Part shown: positions 13,130-25,813 of the stretch, one piece after another
Layout of the letters: every line of letters starts with the position of its first letter
Position numbering within the stretch: position 1 is the first letter of the stretch
DNA from: Eledone cirrhosa
Taxonomy: Eukaryota
NCBI GenBank assembly: GCA_964016885.1
Contig: OZ024755.1
Location: 28,396,001-28,460,000 of the forward strand
Direction of reading: 5' to 3'
DNA: 64,000 nucleotides
The notes under the pieces: model-generated
Database searches by the model: none
Seen by the model: the letters and a program-made list of their open reading frames with translations, nothing else
Told to the model about the DNA's origin: nothing
Made by a program: the position numbers and the translations under genes

Positions 13130-13465
13130 CTGCCCTTTGACACAAGTGTGCAAGAAAAGCAGTAGGAGAAAATTAACCGATTCTAGGATGTAAAGTGAGA
13201 ATTTAAATGCGCTGTTATGAGATCAAGGTCGACCCCATTATCATAGGAGCACAAGGTACTATCTCGAAGAGTTTTCAAGGACGGTTAAAGAACATTAGTT
13301 CAGCCCTCTTTTTTGGAACACTTCAATAGGCATGCTTGCTGAGAACAGCAACAACCAGCCGATACGTCCTGAATATCCGAAGCAGCAGGTAGCGGTTTGA
13401 TCTTCATTAGAACAAACTTTACACTTAAATAACATCAATGACTGAGACTCCATGAAAATAATAAT

Positions 13466-13655
13466 AATTGTTTCTACTTTTGGCACCAGGCCAGCAATTA
13501 CCCCCAGCGTATTACTGGTATTTTATGTTATCGATCCCGTAAGGATGAAAGGCAAAGTTAACCTTGGCGGGATTTGAACTCAGACCGTAAAGGGACGTAA
13601 TTATGCTGGAAAGCATGGTGTTCGACCCCCTACCGATATTGCCAATTCACCGCCC
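13466..13655 (-). mobile_element. Meta-domain SINE
   Basis: Full copy with the tail running into (AAT)n; ctccatgaaaataataataat is present on both flanks (TSD-like). Confidence 0.85.
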
Positions 13656-13710
13656 TTATGTCTCCATGAAAATAATAATAATAATAATAATAATGATAAT
13701 AATAATAATA

Positions 13711-14110
13711 ATTGTTTCTTTTATTGGCCACAAGGGCCGACATATGGGGAACACTACAAAGACAGGAACAGTGTTTTACATACATCAACGTGTAACCAAT
13801 ATAAACAATAATTTGATAGTCTGGATAGGAGAAACGGAGACATATGCATCACAACTTTTATTTTTGTATATGTGTTTACTGAGTCTTATATTCTTTATAT
13901 GCAATAAATACATAAAAATAATTGAGAAATATCTAATATTAACATAATATTAAAGGGGATGGAAGTAAAAAAAAAGGGAAATGAAAAGAAGAAAAATAAA
14001 TAAAAGGATCAATCAACGAAGGAAGGGGAGCGCGGAGGACAGAGACTACACCCCAGACTGAGCACTGTTTCACCAGCGCCCCGTGGATAAAATGGCAAAA
14101 GCGTATTTTT
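13711..14110 (-). mobile_element. LINE 3' end in (AAT)n: last CRE-like codons plus 3' UTR
   Basis: 14070-14103 minus reads AFAILSTGRW*, matching TFAVLSAGR of the CRE fragment near 9900. The terminus is ggcccttgtggccaataaaagaaacaa(tta)n. Confidence 0.55.
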
Positions 14111-14299
14111 AAATACATTGATGGATTTGAGTTGTAAGAAAATTGAAGAACGAATCGCAATCGCCAGTTGTTGGATTGGTTGAAATAACAGTAAAATCTT
14201 TCAGAAATCACACAAATCACATTAAAAAATGAAGGGTTTGGTGAGATAATCCAATATATTCTATTTATGAAAAAGAAAAAAAGAAAAAGAAGAATGTCA

Positions 14300-14622
14300 C
14301 ATCTAGAGAGCTTTTAATTAGGTACAAACTATGCAGTGTGGAAATGCCATAACGGACTCAGATCTGGCGTTGGACGTGCACAAATCACTGTTGCAAAATG
14401 GGGGCATTTAAAGGATGGGGACGTTGTGTGTGACTGCGACATCGAACTACAGACTACGCAGCATCTCCTGATATTCCCCCCCTGCTAGAACATCCCTGCA
14501 CAGCATTGGACTTTGGTAGATTTTAATGAGAAATGACGGCAATTTGTTCAACAGTGACACAGCCACATCTAGCCTACCTTTGTAACTGTTACTCTTGTGG
14601 ACACGACAAGAAAGAAAAAAAA
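14300..14622 (+). mobile_element. Ingi/Vingi-like LINE 3' end
   Basis: WKCHNGLRSGVGRAQITVAKWGHLKDGDVVCDCDIELQTTQHLL fits WxxLNRLRxGVGR..KWG..CxCG..QTxxH, followed by an A-rich tail. Confidence 0.65.
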
Positions 14623-15414
14623 GCAATTAAATATTTGATGGATCACAGATGGTCTGGTGCTAAACAAGTCGAAGTTCCTGTACAAAGTTTAGTTTTGAGA
14701 TGATCAACACATCTACATCATATGGTCCCTTTTGCTGTCAGTGTTTCACTTTGACACACACAAATGAAATTCAAGCGAATCAATGTCGAATCAACTGAGA
14801 CGAAACAGCAAATAAAAACGTATTAGTAGGTGAGCGAAAAAGACGATAGAAGTTTAAAAAATGGAGCGCAGAAATTCTCAAAGATAAGAATAAAAAGACA
14901 AGTAGACAATCAGGAAATACTTGCAGGAAAAATATCGATAGTATGAATCTCATAGAATACAAATTAGTAAGATAAAATAATCGAAGAATCAACAAGAAAG
15001 AATGTATCTCACGATATCAGAATCAGACATATGTACCTATTTACTCATACCTAAACGCAGGTACACACACACACGCACACACACACACACACAGAGTTAC
15101 AACAGTGACATAAACAGGTACTTATGTTTCGTTGGGTTCTGGAGCCCAACTCGTGCGAACTGTCATGAGAAATATTAAAATAAAAATGGCCTATTTATAG
15201 CAAATTCGTCGTATGATCTCAGTCCTCTTAACCTTGGATATTTCTACCAAACATTAACTACAGAAAGTTCTCCAGGAAAGTTAATCAGGAATCTTTATAA
15301 AATCTTAACAAAGAACTTACTAGATCTACATGACCAAATCATAATTTATGAAATTAAATTAAATTGTTTAGAACTACAAGTGAAGTCATTATTTTCATTT
15401 TTTTAAATACATAC

Positions 15415-16107
<693 letters not shown>

Positions 16108-16249
16108 ACATATATATATTTATATATATATATACATATATATATTTATATATATATATACATATATATATTTATATATATATATACATATATATATTTA
16201 TATATATATATATACATATATATATATTTATATATATATATCTATCTAT

Positions 16250-16844
16250 CTAAGGCGGGTAAAATTCCCGAGATCCATGGACGAGTTCTCTCCAGCGGTC
16301 TCTGTCCCTCATTATCGCTGCCATGTCCTGCATCTCCAACAGACCAGTGTCTGTCCTTAGGGCATCAACATATGTTAGCCTTGGTCTTCCTCTTCCAGTA
16401 TGTACATGCAGGGGCTCCCACAGGACCACTGAGTGCAGTGTCAACTCTGGATGTCGGTGAGCATGTCCAGCTAACTCCAGTCTCCTCTGTGCTACTCTCG
16501 AGCTGACGTTTGGGAGGCTCCCGTACAACTCTGAGGTCTTCATCCTCAGTTTATACTGATTAATGTTCAGAGCCATCCTCAGCATTCTCGTGTTGCACCC
16601 ATCCACCATCTGAGTGAGTTTCTTGGTCAGCGTCCAAGTCGCGGACCCGTACAACAGCACAGACTTCACTACAGCAACGAAGAGACGGATCTTCAGGTCT
16701 CACGAAGGTCCGACTTCCACACCGATTTCAAGCTGTGGCACGCCGACCAGGCTTTGTTCTTTCTCTCAACCATCTTCCGTATTCCCAATTTTTGCTCCCA
16801 AATCCAGGAAGTCCTCAACCAATTCTAGCGGCTTCCCGCTTACA
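16250..16844 (-). pseudogene. RTE-clade retrotransposon, 3' segment
   Basis: SVLLYGSATWTLTKK...RRLELAGH...[11 protein letters not shown]...[11 protein letters not shown]...FYPP*; closely similar to 51038-51619. Confidence 0.9.
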
Positions 16845-18000
16845 CTGAGGTCAGAGAGGAGGCACTGATAGAGAAGATCAGAAGTGTGGATAGAGCGGTT
16901 GACAGGTCTGGATATAAGGAGAACTGGATGATCATCAACGAGATCACAGGGAGGAAGAGAAGGTGTTCGAGTCAGATCCAGTGAACAAGGCCCGAGGATA
17001 GTAAGAGGAAATGGCTGGGCTATTTTAGGACCCTACTAGGAGAGCCGTATTCCACAGCCCAGAACACTGGAGAGATCAGGCGGCTGTTTGAGGAACTGGA
17101 TATTTAGAGAGGACCCTTCACCAGAGAGGAGCTTCAGAGAGCCAAGAAGAAGATCAAGGAGGCAAGGCTCATGTAGAAGATGGAGTGGCATCAATGGTGA
17201 TGAAGAGGTGTGATTTTGATGATATCATCCTCGGGTTCTGTAACCAGGCACTGGAGAAAGGAGTTGCCCCGAATCAGTGGAGGATCAGTAACATCGTCCC
17301 AGTGCCAAAGAAGGGAGATCTCTCTAACACAAAAAACTACAGGGGGATCTCACTGACGTCACTTGTGGCAAAGACCTTCAACAGGATGATTCTTAACAGG
17401 ATCCAGCCTGAGATGGATAAGAAGCTCAGGGAAAACCAGGACGGCTTCAGAGAGGGAAGATCAACCACCAGTCACATCCTGATGCTGAGGAGGATATTAG
17501 AGGGAGCTAGAGCAAAGTGCCTTCCTGCGGTCATGGTTTTCATTGACTTTAGGAAGGCCTTTGATTCTGTGGACTGTCACTGCCTGAATAAGATCTTACA
17601 GGCTTATGGAATCCCCAAGAAGATAGTGGACCTGATATAACTGCTCTACACCAACACTGATGGGATGACAGAGTTCTTTGAGATACTGGCTGGAGTGCTC
17701 CAGGGAGGTACATTGGCTCCCTACTTTTTTATCGTCGCATTGGACTATTGTATGCGCCTTGCACTGGAGAAACACCAGGACTCTGGCTTTACTGTAACAC
17801 CGGCTCAGAGTAGGAGAGTTAAGGCGAAAAAAATATCGGATGCTGAATTTGCCGACGACATAATTCTGGTGACAAAGACAGTGAAGGAGACAGAGGGGTT
17901 GATGCAGGAGGTGGAGACCGTGTCGATTGAGTGTGGGGCTGAGAATGAATGAGATTAAGACGAAGTATCTGGTAGAGAATATTAAGAAGCCAGAGGAGAT
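16845..18000 (+). pseudogene. RTE-clade reverse transcriptase, inverted 5' segment of the same insertion
   Basis: YRGISLTS, NQDGFREGRST, FIDFRKAFDSV, GVLQGGTLAPYFF and FADD motifs, with stops and frameshifts. Confidence 0.9.
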
Positions 18001-18474
18001 ATATAGATATATTAACATATATACAGGACACCAAGATGAAAAACTGGAGTATAACTGAGCATGTATCCTACATTCAAGGATAAATGTTGTCGAAGAGCTA
18101 TAATCTTAATAAGCATTTCTAGCTTGGCACACGCCCCCAATATTGGCTAATTGCTATGGACAATTACATGCATTTCAGAATTTGACTAAGACTTAGAAGG
18201 TTGAATTTTTATGTTGAAAGTGCCATTATTTGAATAGTGAATGTAAAGAGATTTTAGTAAATACCACAAAGCAATTTGTTAGTTAGACAACTGATATGTT
18301 CATTCTAGTGAACGACTAATTATGCTGCTGTATTACTCGTCAAAACTGACAGGGGTTGTTTCTGTATCATTTCTATTATTGTAACTTCTCTCCATTTTAT
18401 ACGTATGTAAACACACGAAAATGAGAGCACATACTCGCACTAATAGAGAGAGGCACACGCACACAAACACACAT

Positions 18475-18508
<34 letters not shown>

Positions 18509-18630
18509 GTATATAGATATATACATAATTAGAATTTAGCTTCCACACATATATACAAACATTTATGTGAATTTCGTATATATAAAGATATACGGTATGT
18601 TTAATAAAGAGACATTTAGAAAGCCTCAGC

Positions 18631-18736
<106 letters not shown>

Positions 18737-18968
18737 CTTGGCAAGCTATTTAGAACACTGGTTTAACCGCTTTACTTCCCTCCAAAGAAGAGGTATTATC
18801 TCGAAAATTAAGGACATTTAAATAAATCTAAGGTAAAAGACTAATTGTCAACAATATCTTTTGCATTTGTATTTTTTTTAAATTCTATGTCTATACCTGC
18901 ATTGTTTGGCTTTACAAATTCAAACGTTTATACCAATGCTTCAAGTGAAAGTGAACTATAACTTCCTG

Positions 18969-19032
<64 letters not shown>

Positions 19033-19036
<4 letters not shown>

Positions 19037-19500
19037 ATTAAAATACTGGAGCGTGTTGGAGTTAAACACCCTCTTCGTATTATAGAAATGACAGTAAAAG
19101 GTATAGCTCAATGTAGTTAAACATAGCCAAAAAATTAAGAGAGTAAAACAAAGAAGCCTTTAATACATCAAACATAGCCAAAAAATTAAGAGAGTAAAAC
19201 AAAGAAGCCTTTAATACATCAAAAGTTTTTATTAGCCGACAATGTTTCGTCCTATTATGGACTCATCAGAGCAATTAAAACAACAAGAAGTAATATCGGC
19301 AGATACAAGCCGGAAGCTCCGAAGAATATGGAGTGTAAAGTCTTGCAAAAATATATAATAAAAATAATGAAAAAAAAAATATAATAAGAATAACTAAGGA
19401 TGTAGATAACATTAAGAACCATATTACAAATATAGTCCAAAGCAAATAACCTAAAGCTAAACAAAGGTGGTTATATAGAGCAGGAATTATATATAACACA
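19033..19500 (-). mobile_element. PLE-type terminal fragment in (TA)n
   Basis: Contains the hammerhead at 19226-19280 followed by AATAAA, and a 51-bp tandem duplication at 19119-19221. Confidence 0.6.
19226..19280 (-). ncRNA. Type I hammerhead ribozyme
   Basis: ttgct-CTGATGA-gtcc ataata ggac-GAAAC-att-GTC-ggc: canonical core, 4-bp stem II, minimal stem III. Confidence 0.8.
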
Positions 19501-19535
19501 ATGTAATATAATATAATACATTTTATAATAATAAT

Positions 19536-19632
<97 letters not shown>

Positions 19633-19724
19633 TATAATAAAAAGGACGATTTGTTATGTCTTCATAAGCTCATCCGACGAACTTTTGATTCCAGAGTTGG
19701 GCTAGATCGATACAGATCGAAGCA

Positions 19725-19754
19725 TGAGCTGATGAATAGCGAAACGCGCCTCAC
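19725..19754 (+). ncRNA. Minimal hammerhead, decayed
   Basis: tgag-CTGATGA-atagc-GAAAC-gc-g(-)c-ctca, then AATAAA. The U of GUC appears to be deleted. Confidence 0.5.
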
Positions 19755-19796
19755 TACTCAATAAACGTAATAAAGACATAACAAATATTCCGTGTT

Positions 19797-20152
19797 AGGG
19801 TCTGACGCTATGCTTTGCAGCAAAGAGTTACGCCCCTTTATGGTTTGAGTTCAAATCCCGCCGAGGTTAACTTTGCCTTTCATCCTTACGGGGTCGATAA
19901 AATAAAGTACCAGTAATGCACTGGATAATTGCTGGCCTTGTGCCAAAAGTAGAAACAATTATTATTAATTGGCAGTATCGGTAGAGGGTTGGATGCCATG
20001 CTTTGATGCATAGAGTTACGGCCCTTGCCATTCCGAGTTCAAATCCCGCCTAGGTTAACTTTGCCTTTCATCCTAACGGGGTCGATAAAATAAAGTACCA
20101 GTAATGCACTGGGTAATTTGCTGGCCTTGTGCCAAAAGTAGAAACAATTATT
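19797..20152 (+). mobile_element. Two tandem Meta-domain SINEs
   Basis: Same consensus as 4725-5475, joined by attattaa. Confidence 0.85.
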
Positions 20153-20340
20153 ATTACACTCTGCTTAGTCCTACACCTCTATACTTACTGGAAACTACGC
20201 TTCGAGCGCTAACTCTGGGGAACCTACAGTAACTGGACGTTACATTCCTTAAACATATATATGAAAATATTCAGGACACCGACGACTGAGCTCCGGCCTT
20301 TTCGACAACTACACCCGAATATATATATGTATATATATAT

Positions 20341-20560
20341 AGGAGTCGATCGACTTTCGTCAAATCGGACCGAGGGAACAATGTTTCCGTTGGTCTTTCC
20401 AATTGCTAATACTATCTATCGGTCGCAACTCCAGGTAGAAGGAGCAACGTGAAATAAAGTGTCTTGCCCAAGGACATAACGCATCGCCTGGTCCAGGAAT
20501 CGAACTCACAACCTTATGATTGCGAATCCAATTCTCTAACCACTCAGCCACACGCCTTCA
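20341..20560 (-). mobile_element. tRNA-derived SINE (second copy at 39251-39470)
   Basis: A box tggctgagtgg, B box gagttcgattcc, central gtccttg(a/g)gcaagacactttatttcacgttgctcc. Confidence 0.8.
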
Positions 20561-20577
20561 CATATGTATATATATAT

Positions 20578-20712
20578 GTATTAAAATAACATATTAAAGG
20601 TTAAGCAAAGAATCGCTGCTTTCACCCTTAACGGGATCTTCTGAAACTCTACGGTTCTTATATATCTGATATATATTTATTCTTATCGAGCCCTCTTTGG
20701 ATTTTAGTCTAT
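20578..20712. mobile_element. Family D fold-back insert with variant hammerhead (minus, 20598-20648)
   Basis: The short arm carries the ribozyme; the long arm 20646-20712 is homologous to the reverse complement of 1120-1185. Confidence 0.7.
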
Positions 20713-20725
20713 ATATATAATAGTG

Positions 20726-21020
20726 TGGTGAGGGTGTTGGACTAGTGGTAAAGGTGTTGGGCTTACGATCATAATGTCGTAGGCTCGATTCCTGGGTTGC
20801 GCGCTGTGTTCTTTAGCAAAACACTTCATTTCACGTTGCTCCAGTATACTCACTTGAAAATGAGTACCACCAATAGCTGGAGGTTTAACCCTGCGATGGG
20901 CTGGCGTCCTGTCCAGGGGGGGGGGGGGGAGTCTTGTACTCTCAGTCGCTTCACGCCATGAAACAGGGATACGCACCGGGCCAAATGAGCCGTTCTGGCT
21001 TAAGACAGACTTTAGACTTT
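20726..21020 (+). mobile_element. tRNA-SINE with V-domain-like segment
   Basis: tRNA-like head, the shared central domain, and ccctgcgatgggctggcgtcctgtccagggg, which resembles the V-SINE domain. Confidence 0.7.
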
Positions 21021-21257
21021 AGATATATAATATTAGACATTAGAAATGTATGCATGAGAGAAAGAGAGGGGTGTGGTGACATAGATAGGAGAGGGCAAAC
21101 AGAAGAAGAGCTATCGTCGTGAGAGACAAAAGGAAAGACATATTAGATAAAAACATAAAAAGGAAACCCCAGTGTTTGTTGAGTTAATCTTTAAAACGAG
21201 GATTTCATATTCAACGAACCCACACTAGTACACAGTATACATAGACACAATATAGAC

Positions 21258-21432
21258 TGTTTCTACTTTTGGCACAAAGCTACCAATTACCCCAGTGCAT
21301 TACAGGTACTTTATTTTATCGACACCCGTAAGGATGAAAGGCAAAGTTAACCTCGGCGGGATTTGTACTCAGAACGTAAACGGTCATAACTCTATGCTGC
21401 AAAGCATGGCGTCTGACGTTCTCTCAGTACCG
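21258..21432 (-). mobile_element. Meta-domain SINE
   Basis: Consensus match. Confidence 0.85.
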
Positions 21433-22084
21433 TCCTGATACATAATATCAACATGTATACGAGTGTGAGTGAGTGTGTGTTTATGTTTCAGTTTGTCTAT
21501 GTGTGTATATATGTGTGTGTTTGTATCTGAGTGTGTGTGTGTGTATTTATGTGTGTGTGTGTGTGTGTGTTTATCTGTGTGTGTGTGTTTGTCACTGTGT
21601 GTGTGTATCTGTCTGTGTGTATATTTGTGTATGTGTATATGTGTGTGTGTATCTGTGTGTGTCTTAGTGTGTGTGTGTGTGTGTGTGTTTGTCTGTGTGC
21701 GTAGTGCGAGAGAATATACTATTTTTGTAGCCATAAAATAGAAAAACTAGTGAAGTACCGAAGTGGTGATAGTCAATTGCCACTAAACTGGTGGGCAAGC
21801 CTTAAAATAGGTGAATTTTGCGGCAATATTTATGGTTTGAATATATAGGTCAGGCATGGAAAAGCAGTAGTTATAAGAAAGTAGGAAAAACATTTGAAGA
21901 GTTGTCCATACGCAAAACAATGACAAATACATACTCTTTCTCTCATATTGGTTTCCATTCAAGTTTTCGCAATCACTCACACACGCACACACACTCACAT
22001 ACACACATATATATACATATAAATTTACATATATATATATATATATATATGTATGTATCCCAATCTCCCTCTCCCTATATACAT

Positions 22085-22258
22085 ATCTTCGCAACTCCAC
22101 CTGGGAGTTCTTGGTCTCACCCTATCCGAATTCTCATAATGAAGGGCTTCTGTCCGAAACGTTGAAACATCCTCCACTTCCACCAAGCGTGAATCTAATA
22201 TAACTGTATACAAATGGTCTCCTGTACTTTCTCCGTTCATTTTCAACTATATACTGTA
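22085..22258 (+). mobile_element. Older PLE-type end with decayed hammerhead
   Basis: ataatga-agggc ttct gtcc-GAAAC-gtt; the downstream agcgtgaa..taata segment is shared with 23503-23720 and 57165-57290. Confidence 0.5.
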
Positions 22259-22587
22259 TATATTTCCGATGCATGGTATTGCTGGCCATAGGCAAGCCCC
22301 TAGCAGGACTAACAAGCGACGTCCGTGATGCTCATGCGTAAGTATGGCATTACTCGAAATCGTGTTTCAGCCATCATATATAGAATACGAATAAGGGTAG
22401 TTCCTAGAGTAAGTAAAGAGACGGTAAAATATGAGGAATCGAAACCCCCCACATCACGGATGACATCGAATGTTTTTAACACCACCGTAAAAGGCGTTGA
22501 CCAATAATTCCATCTTCTTAATTTTATAACTTGTAGCTAGGGAAATTGAAGTTTAATGTTAGTCTCCCAACGCTAATGACCATAATA

Positions 22588-22882
22588 ATTGTTTCTACTT
22601 TTGGCACAAGGCCAGCAAAATTATCCAGCGTATTACTGGTACTTTATTTTATCGACCCCATAAGGATGAAAGGCAAAGTTAACCTCAGCGGGATTTGAAC
22701 TCAGAATGGCAAGGGTCGTAACTCTATGCGTCAAAGCATGGCGTCCGACCCTCTACCGATACTGCCAATTCACCGCTAATAATTGTTTCTACTTTAGGCA
22801 CAAGGCCAGCAATTACCCAGTGCATTACTGGTACTTTATTTTATCGACCCCGTAAGGATGAAAGGCAAAGTCAACCTCGGAT
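22588..22882 (-). mobile_element. Two tandem Meta-domain SINEs
   Basis: One full and one 5'-truncated copy. Confidence 0.85.
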
Positions 22883-23320
22883 AACTATAAAACAGAGTTA
22901 ACAAAATCGAATCAATACCCAAAGAGATCGCAAAAGATTTTCATTTCTGTCTATATAATACGTCTAAGTGTATTTGATATTTGAATAGATGTGTCAACTG
23001 TTATTTATATTGGTCGAATATTATTTTGGTCCTTTAAGATGCAGACATTTCAAATGTATATATAGGGTAGTATATATATATATATGTAAATAGATGGTGA
23101 GAAGGGGTGATGCATACAAATTTGAAAGGTAAGCGACATAAGATTAACGACAATATATATATATGTATATATTGTTTTTTTTTGTAATTTAATCTTTACT
23201 TTCTCTTTTTTCTCACTCACTCACTCACTCACACACACTCACTCACTCACTCACTCACTCACTCACACACATACACACACACATACACACACATATATAT
23301 ATATATATATAGAGAGAGAG

Positions 23321-23466
23321 AAATTGCTTCTACAGGACTAGAACTGTTTCATTCGGGAGAATGAAAGAGTTCTAGTCCTGTAGAAGCCATTTCTATATTA
23401 AATATTTATACTCTATGTATTGAGTACCTTACTTACTGTGTTTAACCATGATTGAACACGGGATAA

Positions 23467-23468
<2 letters not shown>
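23321..23468. mobile_element. Family B fold-back insert
   Basis: gcttctacaggactagaact..ttcattc / gaatgaaa..agttctagtcctgtagaagc hairpin, then gtattgagtac; homologous to 42761-42940 and 49753-49925. Confidence 0.75.
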
Positions 23469-23507
<39 letters not shown>

Positions 23508-23589
23508 AAAATTGAACGGGAACAAAACAGAGAGGCAGTACAAACAAAGGTTTATTAATTTCACGCTCTTGAGAGTGGGGTGGTGGTGG

Positions 23590-23630
23590 GGAACGACGTT
23601 TCGGCCATAAGCCCTTCTTCAGGTGAAAAG
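23590..23630 (-). ncRNA. Hammerhead core in a PLE-type end (23503-23720)
   Basis: CTGAAGA-agggc ttatg gcc-GAAAC-GTC; stem I is poor. Confidence 0.6.
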
Positions 23631-23714
23631 TGTGTGGGAAGAGAGTTCAAAGGCTGTGTAGGGGAGTGGTGGAGAGACATATAGCAAAAAGGGGCTGAGA
23701 GGAAACGGTGCAAA

Positions 23715-23783
<69 letters not shown>

Positions 23784-24239
23784 ATAAGTCTATATATGTA
23801 TGTATGTGTATATATGTTTAAGAAGCCAGAATGGAGATCAAGAATGGAGAGAGATTGTCACCTCCTTAGCGTAGAGAGAGAGGTGGAAATATATATGGAG
23901 CAAGGCAGCGGGTGGTTGTAAGGAAGAGATGAAAGTATAAGGTTGTTTGCAAGACAAGGGGTTGGTGGAGATGCATATTGAGTGAAGTTGCAGATAAGAC
24001 ATGTGTGTTTGAAAGAATCACTGACATATGTAATGGGTATGTAGACACACAAACATAGAAACGCTCTCACAGAAACAGGTAATTCCCATATATACTTTGA
24101 GAATTATGTAATATGCGATGTATAATATAAGTGTAGCTGGAACTATACCTCTCTCTCTCTACCTTGCTACATGTCTATTTACCATTCTCCCTCCCTCACT
24201 CCCTATATATGTATATATATACATATATATATATATACA

Positions 24240-24588
24240 TATTAAAATATAAGTATTAATAAAATAGATGTTCTTTTGATCAATTACATTTTATTATACA
24301 TATTTCGGATGTACAACAGTACGTCCTCATCAGACAAAATATAATGATACATGACATACCCTGAGATGTTAAATGGTTAAGATTTAATCAAGGTAGTTTG
24401 ATGAGGACGTACTGTTGTACATCCGAAATATGTATAATAAAATGTAATTGATCAAACGAACATCTATTTTATTAATACTTATTTTAATATTAATAACTCC
24501 AGAAAATTATTTATGCCGTTGAGTGCTTCCAATCTACTGTAAAACTAATTCTTTGACATAATCACTCACAATATTGTTTAACACTTTA

Positions 24589-24590
<2 letters not shown>
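24240..24590. mobile_element. Fold-back insert of hammerhead family E
   Basis: 24240-24332 is inverted at 24399-24490; the long arm continues through ttgagtgc to (TA)n. Confidence 0.8.
24284..24344 (-). ncRNA. Type I hammerhead ribozyme
   Basis: ttatattttgt-CTGATGA-ggacgtac tgtt gtacatcc-GAAAT-atgt-ATA-ataaaatgtaa: 11-bp stem I (with GU pairs), 8-bp stem II with one mismatch. Confidence 0.8.
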
Positions 24591-24673
<83 letters not shown>

Positions 24674-24855
24674 AATAGTGAAAAGAATGAAATTAAACAA
24701 AAAACGGTTAATTCATAGTAAAACTCATTATTTTACGATCGTTTCTGGGTTGTAGTTATCCGTATGTCCATTCTATTATTGATCTATGTAAAATATACAT
24801 ACGTCTTCATTACGTCTTCATACGGCTTAGACCCTACCATTAATTGGTCGATTTA

Positions 24856-24896
<41 letters not shown>

Positions 24897-25000
24897 AAAT
24901 AGTAGTAAGGAAAAAGATTTGTTCAGTAGAAAATGCTGAAGAGATTCTTTCAGTGTAATATCAAACCATTTATTTATTTTTGTTCCATATTTATACAAAT

Positions 25001-25479
25001 AATTGTTTGTACTTTTTGGCACAAGGCTAGCAATTACCCAGTGCATTACTGGTACTTTATTTTATCGACCCCGTAAGGATGAAAGGCAAAGTTAACCTCG
25101 GCGGGATTTGAACTCAGATCGTATGAATTGTATAACATAATTGTTTCTACTTTTGGCACAAGGCCAGCAAATACCCAGTGTATTACTGGTACTTTATTTT
25201 ATCGACCTCGTAAGGATGAAAGGCAAAGTTAACCTCGGCGGGATTTGAACTCAGAATGGCAAGGGCCGTAACTCTATGCGTCAAAGCATGGCGTCCGACC
25301 CTCTACCGATACTGCCAATTCACCGATACAAATAATAATAATGAAAAGTGGAAGAAAAATTATTAGTTTTTGCATACATATTTTGAAAGGAGAGTTCATA
25401 ACTATGTCCGTATTTGTCCTTCTTTCTCTGTTAGTTGGCTGACAGAAGTAGCAGTTTTGATTTTTTGGTTTGAATTATA

Positions 25480-25520
<41 letters not shown>

Positions 25521-25813
25521 TTGTCTGTCTGTCTGTCTTTTCCTTATGTATTCCCAAATGGCTCCACCAAATCGAATCAAATTTTACAAATTAGACCTCG
25601 GAAATAATAACGTAATTTTTATTTTCATTTGGATCAAAGCAATATAACTCTTTATCTAAAATAATTGTTTCTACTTTAGGCACAAGGCCAGCAATTATCC
25701 AGTACATTACTGGTACTTTATTTTATCGACCCCGTAAGGATGAAAGGCAAAGTCAACCTCGGCGGGATTTGAACTCAGATCGTAAAGGGACGTAACTATG
25801 CTGGAAAGCATGG
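25001..25813 (-). mobile_element. Three Meta-domain SINEs (25001-25125, 25138-25325, 25663-25813)
   Basis: Consensus matches. Confidence 0.85.

Noticed and set aside
20480-20560. tRNA gene
   Set aside because: A and B boxes belong to a SINE head followed by SINE body; there is no complete cloverleaf.
23321-23400. Treating the fold-back inserts as MITEs
   Set aside because: Arms are unequal and meet at variable centres, and single-arm copies exist, unlike terminal inverted repeats.
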